Shown: in pieces, positions 16,534-30,500 of the stretch
How the letters are laid out: every line of letters begins with the position of its first letter
Numbering within the stretch: position 1 is the stretch's first letter
Source: the human T2T-CHM13v2.0 reference genome, Homo sapiens
Strand: one strand, 5' to 3'
DNA: 64,000 bases
Assembly: GCF_009914755.1 (NCBI RefSeq)
Contig: NC_060940.1
Program-made: the position numbers and the translations under genes
Notes under the pieces: generated by a model
Database searches by the model: none
Told to the model about the DNA's origin: nothing
Seen by the model: only the letters and a program-made list of their open reading frames with translations

Positions 16534-19500
16534 TCAGTGATGTTTCCATTCGACTCCATTCGATGATGATTCCATTCGACTCCATTCGATTATGATTTCA
16601 TTCAATTCCATTCGATAATGATTCCCTTCGAGTCCATTCGATGATTCCATTCGATTCCATTCAACGATGATTTGATTCGTGTCCATTCGATGATTCCATT
16701 TGATTCCACTTGTTGATGATTCCATTCGAGTCCATTTGATGATTCCATTCAATTCCATTCTCCGATGATTTCTTTTGAGCCCACTCAATGCTTCCACTCG
16801 ATTCCATATGATGATGACTCCATTCGATGAAATTCGATGATGATTCCATTCGCTTGCTTTCAATGATGATTCCACTTGAGTCCGTTAGAAGATTCTATTC
16901 AATTACATTCCATGACGATTCCGTTCGAGTCCATTTGATGATTCCATTAGACTCCATTCGACGATGATTCCATTCGATGTTATTCGATGATTCCATTCGA
17001 TCTCATTCGTTGATGATTCCATTCAACTCTTTTCAATGTATCCATTCGAGTTCATTCTATTATTCCATTAGATTCCATTCGATGACGATTCCATTCGATT
17101 CCATTTGATGATTGCATTCTATTTCATTTGATGATGATTCCATTCGAGTCCACTCGATGATTCCATTCGAGTCCATTTAATGAATCCATTGGTTTCAATT
17201 CTATGATGATTACATTGGATTCCATTCGTTGATGATTTCATTCGGCTCCATTCAATGATGATTCTATTCAATTCCTTTCAATGTTTCCATTCAATTCCAT
17301 ACGATGATGATTACATTTGATTTGATTCGACAGTGAGCCATTCGATTCAATTCCATGATGATTCTATTTTATTCAATTGGTTGACATTTCCATTCGACTC
17401 CATTCGATGATGATTCCCTTTGATTCCATTCAAAGATGATTCCATTCTAGCCCATTCAATCATTCCATTCGATTCTATTCAATGATGATTCCATTCATGT
17501 CGATTTGGTGATTCCATTTGACTTCATTTGATGATGATTCCTTACAAGTTCATTAGATGATTCCATTCGATTCCATTTGATGATGATCCCATTCGAGTCC
17601 ATTCAGTGATTCCATTCATTTCCATTCCATGATGATTCCATTCCATTCCATGCAATGATTCCATTCGATTCCGTTTGATGATGATTTCATTCGAGTCCAT
17701 TTGATGATTCCATTTGATTCCATTCGATGATGATTCCATTCGAGTCCATTCGATGACTCTATTCGAATCCATTTGATGATTTCTTTTGATTATACTTGGT
17801 GATGATTCCATTGGAGTCCATTCAATGATTCCATTCGATTCCAATCGATGGTGATTCCACTAGAGTCCATTTAATGATTCCATTTGATTCCAGTCTCTGA
17901 TGATTACATTTGAGTCCATACGATGATTCCACTCAATTCCATATGATGATGATTCCATTCGATTCCATTCGATGATTCCATTCTATTCTATTCAATGGTG
18001 AATCCATTCGAGTACATTAGATGATTCCATTCGATTCCATTCAATGATGATTCTATTTGTGTCCCTTAGATGATTCCACATGATTCCATTAGATGATGAT
18101 ACTATTTCAGCCCATCCAATGATTCCCTTCGATTCCATTCGATGAGGATTCCATTCGATTCAATTCATTGGTGATTCTATTCAATTCAATTCTTTGATTC
18201 CATTCCATTCCATTCGACAATGATTCCATTCGATTTCTTTCGATGATTCCACTCGATTCCACTTGACATTGACTCCATTCGATTCCATTCAATGATTCCA
18301 TTTGATTCCAGTGGATGATGATTGCCATCGATTCCATTCGATCACTCCATTCTATTCCATTTGATGATGATTACATTCGATCCCATTTGATGATTCCATC
18401 TGATTCTATTCGAGGATTCCATTTGATTCCATTCGATGATGATTCCATTCGAGTCCATTCGATGATTTCATTCGAGTACATCCAATGATTCCATTCGAGT
18501 CCATTTGATGATTCCATTTGATTCCATTTGATTATGATTCTACTAGAGTCCATTCAATTACTCCATTCGAGTCCATTCGATGATTCCATTCGATTCCATT
18601 TGATGATTCCATTCGAGTCCATTTAATCATTACAGTCGAGTCCATTTGGTGATTCCACTGGATTTCTTTTGATAATGATACCATTCAATTACATTTGATG
18701 ATGATCCCATTCAATTTCATTTGATGATGATTCCATTAGAGTCCATTCCATGATTTCATTCGAGTCCCTTCATTGATTCCATCCGATTTCATTGGATGAT
18801 GACTCCATTCGAGTCCATTCGATGATTCCACTCGATTCCATTAGATGATTCCATTGGAGTCCATTTCATTGTTCCATTCGATTCCATTCGATTCCTTTCG
18901 AAGATTATTCCATTTGAGGCCATTCGATGATGATTCCATTCCATTCCATTCGATGATTCCGTTTGATTCCATTCGATGATTCCATTTGATTCCATTCGAC
19001 GGTGAGCAATTCGATTCAATTCCATGATGATTCTATTTGATTCAATTAGATGATGTTTCCATTCGAATCCATTCCATGATTATTCCATTGGAATCCATTC
19101 GGCGATGATTCCATATGAGTCAATTCAATGATGATTCCATATGGGTCCGTTCGATGATAATTCCATTTGATTTCATTCGATGCTTCTATTCTATTCCAGT
19201 CGATGATGATTCCGTTGGAGTCCATACGATGATTCCATTTGATTTCATTTGATGATGATTCCATTCGATGATGATTACATTGGATTCCATTCTATGATTC
19301 CATTCAATTCCATTCGTTGATGATTCGATTCCATTCAATGATGATTCCATTTGAGTTCATTCGATGATTCTATTCGATTCCGTTTGATGGTGATTCAATT
19401 CTATTATATTGGATGATTCCACTCGATTCCATTTGATGATTATTCCATTGGAGTCCACTTAGTGAATCCTTTAGATTCTACTCGAAGATGATTCCATTCC

Positions 19501-21445
19501 AGTCCATTCGATGATACCATTCAATTCCATTCGTTGATGCTTCCATTCAAGTGCATTCGATGATATCATTCGATTCCATTTGATGATAATTCCATTTGAT
19601 TCCATGCGATGATTCTATTCGATTCCATTCAATGATAATTCCATTCAATTCAGTGATTCCTCTGGACTCCATTTGATGATGATTCCATTCAATGATTCCA
19701 TTCGATTCTATTCGAAAATGATTCCATTTGAATCCATTTGATGATGATTCCATTAGATTCCATTTGATGATTCCTTTCAATTCCATTCGACGATGATTCC
19801 ATTCGATTCCATTTGATGATTCCATTCTATTCTATACGATGATGATTCCATTCGATTCCGTTTGATGATGATTGGATTCGATTCCATTTGATGATTTCAT
19901 TTGATCCCATTCGTTAATGATTTCGGTCAATTCCATTCGATGATTCCATTCGATTCCATTCGATAATGATTACATCCGAGTCCATTCGATGATTCCATTT
20001 AAGCCTGTTCGATAATTCCATTTGAGTCCAATCAATGATTCCATTCATTTCCATTCAATGATTCCATTCGAGTCCATTTGATCATTCCGGTAGGGTCCAT
20101 TCGATGTTGATTCCATTGGAGTGCATTCGATGATTCCACTCGAGTCCATTTTATGATTTGATTCGAGTCCTTTCGATGATTCCATTCGATTCCACTCGAT
20201 GGTGATTTCATTCGAGTCCATTCGACACTTCCAATCGATTCCATTTGATGTTTCCATTCGAGTCCAATTGATGATTCCATTCAATTCCATTCGATGATGA
20301 TTCCATACGATTCCATTCTGTGATGATTCCATGTGATTGCATTCAATGATGATTCCTTTCGATTGCATTCGATTATGATTCATTTCGTGTTCATTCTATG
20401 GTTCCACAGGTTTCCATTCGTGTCCATTCCATTATTCCATTCTATTCCATTTGATGATGATTCCATTCGATTCCATTCATTGGTGATTCCACTCAATTCC
20501 ATTCAATGATTCCATTCCATTTCTTTCAACAATGATTCCATTAGTTTCTAATCGATGATCCACTTGATTCCATTTGACGACGATTCCATTCTTGTCCATT
20601 CGATGATTCCATTTGATTCCATATGATGATGATTCCATTCGATTCCATACGATGATGATTCCATTCGAGTCCATTCAATGGTGATTCCATTCAATTCCAT
20701 TCGATGATTCCTTTCGATTCCATTCGATGATGATGGCATTCGATTCCTTTCAATCATTCCCTTTGATTGCATTCAAAGGTGATTTCATTCAAGTCCATTC
20801 GATAATTGCATTCGATTCCATTCTATGATGATTCCATTCGAGTCCATTTGATGATTCCATTCAATTCAAGTCAATGATGATTCCATTCGATTCCATTCGA
20901 TGATTCCATTGGATTCCATTCGATGATGATTCCATTCAAATCCATTCGATAATTCAAGTCCATTCGATGATGATTCCAATCGAATCCATTCAAAGATTCC
21001 ATTCAGTTCCATTCGATGATTCCCTTAGATTCCATTCGATGATTCCACTTGATTCCATTTACGATGATTCCATTCGATTCCATGTGATGATTCCATCAAT
21101 TCTATTCAATGATGTTTCCATTTGATTCCATTCGACCATGATTGCCTTTGATTCCATTCAATGATTCCATTCGGTTCCTTTTGATGATGATTCCATTCGA
21201 TTCCATTTGATGATTCCATTTGATTCCATTGGATGAGTCCATTCGATTACATTCGATGATTATTCCATTCGAGTGCATTAGATGATTCCATTCGAGTCCA
21301 TTCGATGATTCCATTCGATTCCATTCGATGTTGATTCTGTTCAAATCCATTCGATGATTCCACTCGATCCCATTCGATGATTTCCTATGATTCCCTTTGG
21401 TGATCATTCCATTTGATTCAATTCGGTGATTTCATTTGATTCCAT
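16534..21445 (+). repeat. HOR unit 4 (4912 bp = 6112 - 1148 - 23 - 5 - 1 - 23)
   Basis: Anchors at 16534 and 21446; same 1148-bp junction as unit 1 at 18965-18983; small losses near 18570, 20952, 21096 and 21368. Confidence 0.9.
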
Positions 21446-24400
21446 TCAGTGATGTTTCCATTCGACTCCATTCGATGATGATTCCATTCGACTCCATTCG
21501 ATTTTGATTTCATTCAATTCCATTCGATAATGATTCCCTTCGAGTCCATTCGATGATTCCATTCGATTCCATTCAACGATGATTTGATTCGTGTCCATTC
21601 GATGATTCCATTTGATTCCACTTGTTGATGATTCCATTCGAGTCCATTTGATGATTCCATTCATTTCCATTCTCCGATGATTTCTTTTGAGCCCACTCAA
21701 TGCTTCCACTCGATTCCATATGATGATGACTCCATTCGATGAAATTCGATGATGATTCCATTCGCTTGCTTTCAATGATGATTCCACTTGAGTCCGTTAG
21801 AAGATTCTATTCAATTACATTCCATGACGATTCCGTTCGAGTCCATTTGATGATTCCATTAGACTCCATTCGACGATGATTCCATTCGATGTTATTCGAT
21901 GATTCCATTCGATCTCATTCGTTGATGATTCCATTCAACTCTTTTCGATGTATCCATTCGAGTTCATTCTATTATTCCATTAGATTCAATTCGATGATGA
22001 TTCCATTCGATTCCATTTGATGATTGCATTCTATTTCATTTGATGATGATTCCATTCGAGTCCACTCGATGATTCCATTCGAGTCCATTTAATGAATCCA
22101 TTGGTTTCAATTCTATGATGATTACATTGGATTCCATTCGTTGATGATTTCATTCGGCTCCATTCAATGATGATTCTATTCAATTCCTTTCAATGTTTCC
22201 ATTCAATTCCATGCGATGATGATTCCATTTGATTTGATTCGACAGTGAGCCATTCGATTCAATTCCATGATGATTCTATTTTATTCAATTGGTTGACATT
22301 TCCATTCGATTCCATTCGATGATGATTCCCTTTGATTCCATTCAAAGATGATTCCATTCTAGCCCATTCAATCATTCCATTCGATTCTATTCAATGATGA
22401 TTCCATTCATGTCGATTTGGTGATTCCATTTGACTTCATTTGATGATGATTCCTTACAAGTTCATTAGATGATTCCATTCGATTCCATTTGATGATGATC
22501 CCATTCGAGTCCATTCAGTGATTCCATTCATTTCCATTCCATGATGATTCCATTCCATTCCATGCAATGATTCCATTCGATTCCGTTTGATGATGATTTC
22601 ATTCGAGTCCATTTGATGATTCCATTTGATTCCATTCGATGATGATTCCATTCGAGTCCATTCGATGATTCTATTCGAATCCATTTGATGATTTCTTTTG
22701 ATTATAGTTGGTGATGATTCCATTGGAGTCCATTCAATGATTCCATTCGATTCCAATCGATGGTGATTCCATTAGAGTCCATTTAATGATTCCATTTGAT
22801 TCCAGTCTCTGATGATTACATTCGAGTCCATACGATGATTCCACTCAATTCCATATGATGATGATTCCATTCGATTCCATTCGATGATTCCATTCTATTC
22901 TATTCAATGGTGATTCCATTCGAGTACATTAGATGATTCCATTCGATTCCATTCAATGATGATTCTATTTGTGTCCCTTAGATGATTCCACATGATTCCA
23001 TTAGATGATGATACTATTTGAGCCCATCCAATGATTCCCTTCGATTCCATTCGATGAGGATTCCATTCGATTCAATTCATTGGTGATTCTATTCAATTCA
23101 ATTCTTTGATTCCATTCCATTCCATTCGACAATGATTCCATTCGATTTCTTTCGATGATTCCACTCGATTCCACTTGACATTGATTCCATTCGATTCCAT
23201 TCAATGATTCCATTTGATTCCAGTGGATGATGATTGCCATCGATTCCGTTCGATCACTCCATTCTATTCCATTTGATGATGATTACATTCGATCCCATTT
23301 GATGATTCCATCTGATTCTATTCGAGGATTCCATTTGATTCCATTCGATGATGATTCCATTCGAGTCCATTCGATGATTTCATTCGAGTACATCCAATGA
23401 TTCCATTCGAGTCCATTTGATGATTCCATTTGATTCCATTTGATTATGATTCTACTAGAGTCCATTCAATGACTCCATTCGAGTCCATTCAACAATTCCA
23501 TTCGAGTCCATTCGATGATTCCATTCGATTCCATTTGATGATTCCATTTGAGTCCATTTAATCATTACATTCGAGTCCATTTGGTGATTCCACTGGATTT
23601 CTTTCGATAATGATACCATTCAATTACATTTGATGATGATCCCATTCAATTTCATTTGATGATGATTCCATTAGAGTCCATTCGATGATTTCATTCGAGT
23701 CCCTTCATTGATTCCATCCGATTTCATTGGATGATGACTCCATTCGAGTCCATTCGATGATTCCACTCGATTCCATTAGATGATTCCATTGGAGTCCATT
23801 TCATTGTTCCATTCGATTCCATTCGATTCCTTTCGAAGATTATTCCATTTGAGTCCATTCGATGATGATTCCATTCCATTCCATTCGATGATTCCGTTTG
23901 ATTCCATTTGATGATTCCCTTCGATTCCTTTCTTTGATGATTCCATTCCATTCCATTCAATGATTCCATTCGAATCTATTCCATGATGATTCCTTTCGAT
24001 TCCATTCGCTGATGTTTCCGTTCAATTCCATTCGATGATGATTCCATTCGATTCCATTCATTGAGGATTCCATTTAAATCCATTCAATGATGATTCCATT
24101 CTATTCCATTCAATGATTGCATTCAATTCCATTCAATGATTATCCCATTAGAGTAAACTCAACGATTCCATTCATTACCATTTGCTGATGATTCCTTTTG
24201 AGTCCATTCAATGATTTCATTCAAGTCCATTTGATGATTCCTTTCAATTCCATTCTATGATGATTCCGTTCGAGTCCGTTCGATGATTCCATTCGATTGC
24301 ATTCGATGATTCCATTATATTCCATTCAACGGTGATTCCATTCGAGTCCATTCGATGATTCCATTAGAGTACATTTAATGATTGCTTTGTTTTCAATTCG

Positions 24401-27400
24401 AAGATGATTACATTGGATTCCATTCTATGATACCATTCGATTCCATTCAATGATGATTCCACTCAAATCCATTGGATGATTCCATTCGTGTCCATTCGGT
24501 GATTTCATTAGATTCCATTCGAGGATGATTCCATTCGATTCCATTCGATGATTCCATTCAATTCCATTCGATGATGATTCCATTCCAGTCCATATGATCA
24601 TTCCATTTGATTTCATTCGATGATGATTCCATTCGATTCCATTCGACGATTCCATTCTATTCCATTCGATGATGATTCCATTCGAGTCCATTCGATGATT
24701 CCATTCGAGTCCATTTAATGATTCCATTGGGTTCAATTCAATGATGATTACATTGGATTCTGTTCTATGATTCCATTCAATTCCGTTCATTGACAATTTG
24801 ATTCCATTCGATGATGATTCCATTTGAGTTCATTCGATGATTCTTTTCGATTCTCTTCGATGGTGATTCAATTCTATTATATTGGATGATTCCATTCGAT
24901 GCCATTTGATGTTGATTCAATTCGATTCTATTCGATGATGATTCCATTGGATTTCACTTGATGATTCTATTCGATTCCATTCAATGATGATTCACTTCTC
25001 GTCCATTGGATGATTCCATTTCATTCCATTCGATGATGATTCCATTCGATTCCATTCGATGATTCCATTTGATTCCATTCGACGGTGAGCAATTCGATTC
25101 AATTCCATGATGATTCTATTTGATTCAATTAGATGATGTTTCCATTCGAATCCATTCCATGATTATTCCATTGGAATCCATTCGGCGATGATTCCATATG
25201 AGTCAATTCAATGATGATTCCATATGGGTCCGTTCGATGATAATTCCATTTGATTTCATTCGATGCTTCTATTCTATTCCAGTCGATGATGATTCCGTTG
25301 GAGTCCATACGATGATTCCATTTGATTTCATTTGATGATGATTCCATTCGATGATGATTACATTGGATTCCATTCTATGATTCCATTCAATTCCATTTGT
25401 TGATGATTCGATTCCATTCAATGATGATTCCATTTGAGTTCATTCGATGATTCTATTCGATTCCGTTCGATGGTGATTCAATTCTATTATATTGGATGAT
25501 TCCACTCGATTCCATTTGATGATTATTCCATTGGAGTCCACTTAGTGAATCCTTTAGATTCTACTCGAAGATGATTCCATTCGAGTCCATTCGATGATAC
25601 CATTCAATTCCATTCGTTGATGCTTCCATTCAAGTGCATTCGATGATATCATTCGATTCCATTTGATGATAATTCCATTTGATTCCATGCGATGATTCTA
25701 TTCGATTCCATTCAATGATAATTCCATTCAATTCAGTCATTCCTCTGGACTCCATTTGATGATGATTCCATTCAATGATTCCATTCGATTCTACTCGAAA
25801 ATGATTCCATTTGAATCCATTTGATGATGATTCCATTAGATTCCATTTGATGATTCCATTCAATTCCATTCGACGATGATTCCATTCGATTCCGTTTGAT
25901 GATTCCATTCTATTCTATTCGATGATGATTCCATTCGATTCCATTTGATGATGATTGGATTCGATTCCATTTGATGATTTCATTTGATTCCATTCGTTAA
26001 TGATTTCGATCAATTCCATTCGATGATTCCATTCGATTCCATTCGATAATGATTACATCCGAGTCCATTCGATGATTCCATTTGAGCCTGTTCGATAATT
26101 CCATTTGAGTCCAATCAATGATTCCATTCATTTCCATTCAATGATTCCATTCGAGTCCATTTGATCATTCCGGTAGGGTCCATTCGATGTTGATTCCATT
26201 GGAGTGCATTCGATGATTCCATTCGAGTCCATTTTAGGATTTGATTCGAGTCCTTTCGATGATTCCATTCGATTCCACTCGATGATGATTTCATTCGAGT
26301 CCATTCGACACTTCCAATCGATTCCATTTGATGTTTCCATTCGAGTCCAATTGATAATTCCATTCAATTCCATTCGATGATGATTCCGTACGATTCCATT
26401 CTGTGATGATTCCATGTGATTGCATTCAATGATGATTCCTTTCGATTGCATTCGATTATGATTCATTTCGTGTTCATTCTATGGTTCCACAGGTTTCCAT
26501 TCGTGTCCATTCCATTATTCCATTCTATTCCATTTGATGATGATTCCATTCGATTCCATTCATTGGTGATTCCACTCAATTCCATTCAATGATTCCATTC
26601 CATTTCTTTCAACAATGATTCCATTACTTTCTAATCGATGATCCACTTGATTCCATTTGACGACGATTCCATTCTTGTCCATTCGATGATTCCATTTGAT
26701 TCCATATGATGATGATTCCATTCGATTCCATACGATGATGATTCCATTCGAGTCCATTCAATGGTGATTCCATTCAATTCCATTCGATGATTCCTTTCGA
26801 TTCCATTCGATGATGATGGCATTCGATTCCTTTCAATCATTCCCTTTGATTCCATTCAAAGGTGATTTCATTCAAGTCCATTCGATAATTGCATTCGATT
26901 CCATTCTATGATGATTCCATTCGAGTCCATTTGATGATTCCATTCAATTCAAGTCAATGATGATTCCATTCGATTCCATTCGATGATTCCATTGGATTCC
27001 ATTCGATGATGATTCCATTCAAATCCATACGATAATTCAATTCAAGTCCATTCGATGATGATTCCAATCGAATCCATTCAAATATTCCATTCAGTTCCAT
27101 TCGATGATTCCCTTAGATTCCATTCGATGAATCCACTTGATTCCATTTACGATGATTCCATTCGATTCCATGTGATGATTCCATTCAATTCTATTCAATG
27201 ATGTTTCCATTTGATTCCATTCGACCATGATTGCCTTTGATTCCATTCAATGATTCCATTCGGTTCCTTTTGATGATGATTCCGTTCGATTCCATTTGAT
27301 GATTCCATTTGATTCCATTGGATGAGTCCATTCGATTACATTCGATGATTATTCCATTCGAGTGCATTAGATGATTCCATTCGAGTCCATTCGATGATTC

Positions 27401-27557
27401 CATTCGATTCCATTCGATGTTGATTCTGTTCAAATCCATTCGATGATTCCACTCGATTCCATTCGATGACTCCATTTGATCCCATTCGATGATTTCCTGT
27501 GATTCCCTTTGATGATCATTCCATTTGATTCAATTCGGTGATTTCATTGGATTCCAT
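21446..27557 (+). repeat. HOR unit 5 (full length, 6112 bp)
   Basis: Anchors at 21446 and 27558; all landmark segments present. Confidence 0.9.
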
Positions 27558-30500
27558 TCAGTGATGTTTCCATTCGACTCCATTCGATGATGATTCCATT
27601 CGACTCCATTCGATTATGATTTCATTCAATTCCATTCGATAATGATTCCCTTCGAGTCCATTCGATGATTCCATTCGATTCCATTCAACGATGATTTGAT
27701 TCGTGTCCATTCGATGATTCCATTTGATTCCACTTGATGATGATTCCATTCGAGTCCATTTGATGATTCCATTCAATTCCATTCTCCGATGATTTCTTTT
27801 GAGCCCACTCAATGCTTCCACTCGATTCCATATGATGATGACTCCATTCGATGAAATTCGATGATGATTCCATTCGCTTGCTTTCGATGATGATTCCACT
27901 TGAGTCCGTTAGAAGATTCTATTCAATTACATTCCATGACGATTCCGTTCGAGTCCATTTGATGATTCCATTAGACTCCATTCGACGATGATTCCATTCG
28001 ATGTTATTCGATGATTCCATTCGTTCTCATTCGATGATGATTCCATTCAACTCCATTCGATGTTTCCATTCGAGTTCATTATATTATTCCATTAGATTCA
28101 ATTCGATGATGATTCCATTCGATTCCATTTGATGATTGCATTCTATTTCATTTGATGATGATTCCATTCGAGTCCACTCGATGATTCCATTCGAGTCCAT
28201 TTAATGAATCCATTGGTTTCAATTCTATGATGATTACATTGGATTCCATTCGTTGATGAATTCATTCGGTTCCATTCAATGATGTTTCCATTCAATTCCT
28301 TTCAATGTTTCCATTCAATTCCATACGATGATGATTCCATTTGATTTGATTCGACAGTGAGCCATTCGATTCAATTCCATGATGATTCTATTTGATTCAA
28401 TTGGTTGACATTTCCATTCGATTCCATTCGATGATGATTCCATTTGATTCCATTCAAAGATGATTCCATTCTAGCCCATTCAATCATTCCATTCGATTCT
28501 ATTCAATGATGATTCCATCCATGTCGATTTGGTGATTCCATTTGACTTCATTTGATGATGATTCCTTTCAAGTTCATTAGATGATTCCATTCGATTCCAT
28601 TTGATGATGATCCCATTCGAGTCCATTCAGTGATTCCATTCGTTTCCATTCCATGATGATTCCATTCCATTCCATTCAATGATTCCATTCGATTCCGTTT
28701 GATGATGATTTCATTCGAGTCCATTTGATGATTCCATTTGATTCCATTCGATGATGATTCCATTCGAGTTCATTCGATGATTCTATTCGAATCCATTTGA
28801 TGATTTCTTTTGATTATATTTGGTGATGATTCCATTGGAGTCCATTCAATGATTCCATTCGATTCCAATCGATGATGATTCCATTAGAGTCCATTTAATG
28901 ATTCCATTTGATTCCAGTCTCTGATGATTACATTCGAGTCCATACGATGATTCCACTCAATTCCATATGATGATGATTCCATTCGATTCCATTCGATGAT
29001 TCCATTCTATTCTATTCAATGGTGATTCCATTCGATTCCATTCGATGATGATTCTATTTGTGTCCCTTAGATGATTCCACATGATTCCATTAGATGATGA
29101 TACTATTTGAGCCCATCCAATGATTCCCTTCGATTCCATTCGATGAGGATTCCATTCGATTCAATTCATTGGTGATTCTATTCAATTCAATTCTTTGATT
29201 CCATTCCATTCCATTCGACAATGATTCCATTCGATTTCTTTCGATGATTCCACTCGATTCCACTTGACATTGATTCCATTCGATTCCATTCAATGATTCC
29301 ATTTGATTCCAGTGGATGATGATTGCCATCGATTCCATTCGATCACTCCATTCTATTCCATTTGATGATGATTACATTCGATTCCATTTGATGATTCCAT
29401 CTGATTCTATTCGAGGATTCCATTTGATTCCATTCGATGATGATTCCATTCGAGTCCATTCGATGATTTCATTCGAGTACATCCAATGATTCCATTCGAG
29501 TCCATTTGATGATTCCATTTGATTCCCTTTGATTATGATTCTACTAGAGTCCATTCAATGACTCCATTCGAGTCCATTCAACAATTCCATTCGACTCCAT
29601 TCGATGATTCCATTCGATTCCATTTGATGATTCCATTCGAGTCCATTTAATCATTACAGTCTAGTCCATTTGGTGATTCCACTGGATTTCTTCTGATAAT
29701 GATACCATTCTATTACATTTGATGATGATCCCATTCAATTTCATTTGATGATGATTCCATTAGAGTCCATTCGATGATTTCATTCGAGTCCCTTCATTGA
29801 TTCCATCCGATTTCATTGGATGATGACTCCATTCGAGTCCATTTTCCACTCGATTCCATTTGAAGATTCCATTGGAGTCCATTTCATTGTTCCATTCGAT
29901 TCCATTCGATTCCTTTCGAAGATTATTCCATTTGAGTCCATTCGATGATGATTCCATTCCATTCCATTCGATGATTCCGTTTGATTCCATTCGATGATTC
30001 CCTTCGATTCCTTTCTTTGATGATTCCATTCCGTTCCATTCAATGATTCCATTCGAATCTATTCCATGATGATTCCTTTCGATTCCATTCGCTGATGTTT
30101 CCGTTCAATTCCATTCGATGAGGATTCCATTCGATTCCATTCATTGAGGATTCCATTTGATTCCATTCAATGATGATTCCATTCTATTCCATTCAATGAT
30201 TGCCTTCAATTCCATTCAATGATTATCCCATTAGAGTAAATTCAACAATTCCATTCAATACCATTCGATGATGATTCCTTTTGAGTCCATTCAATGATTT
30301 CATTCAAGTCCGTTTGATGATTCCTTTCAATTCCATTCTATGATGATTCCATTCGAGTCCATTCGATGATTCCATTCGATTGCATTCGATGATTCCATTA
30401 TATTCCATTCAACGATGATTGCATTCGAGTTCTTTCGATGATTCCATTAGAGTACATTTAATTATTGCTTTGTTTTCAATTCGAAGATGATTACATTGAA

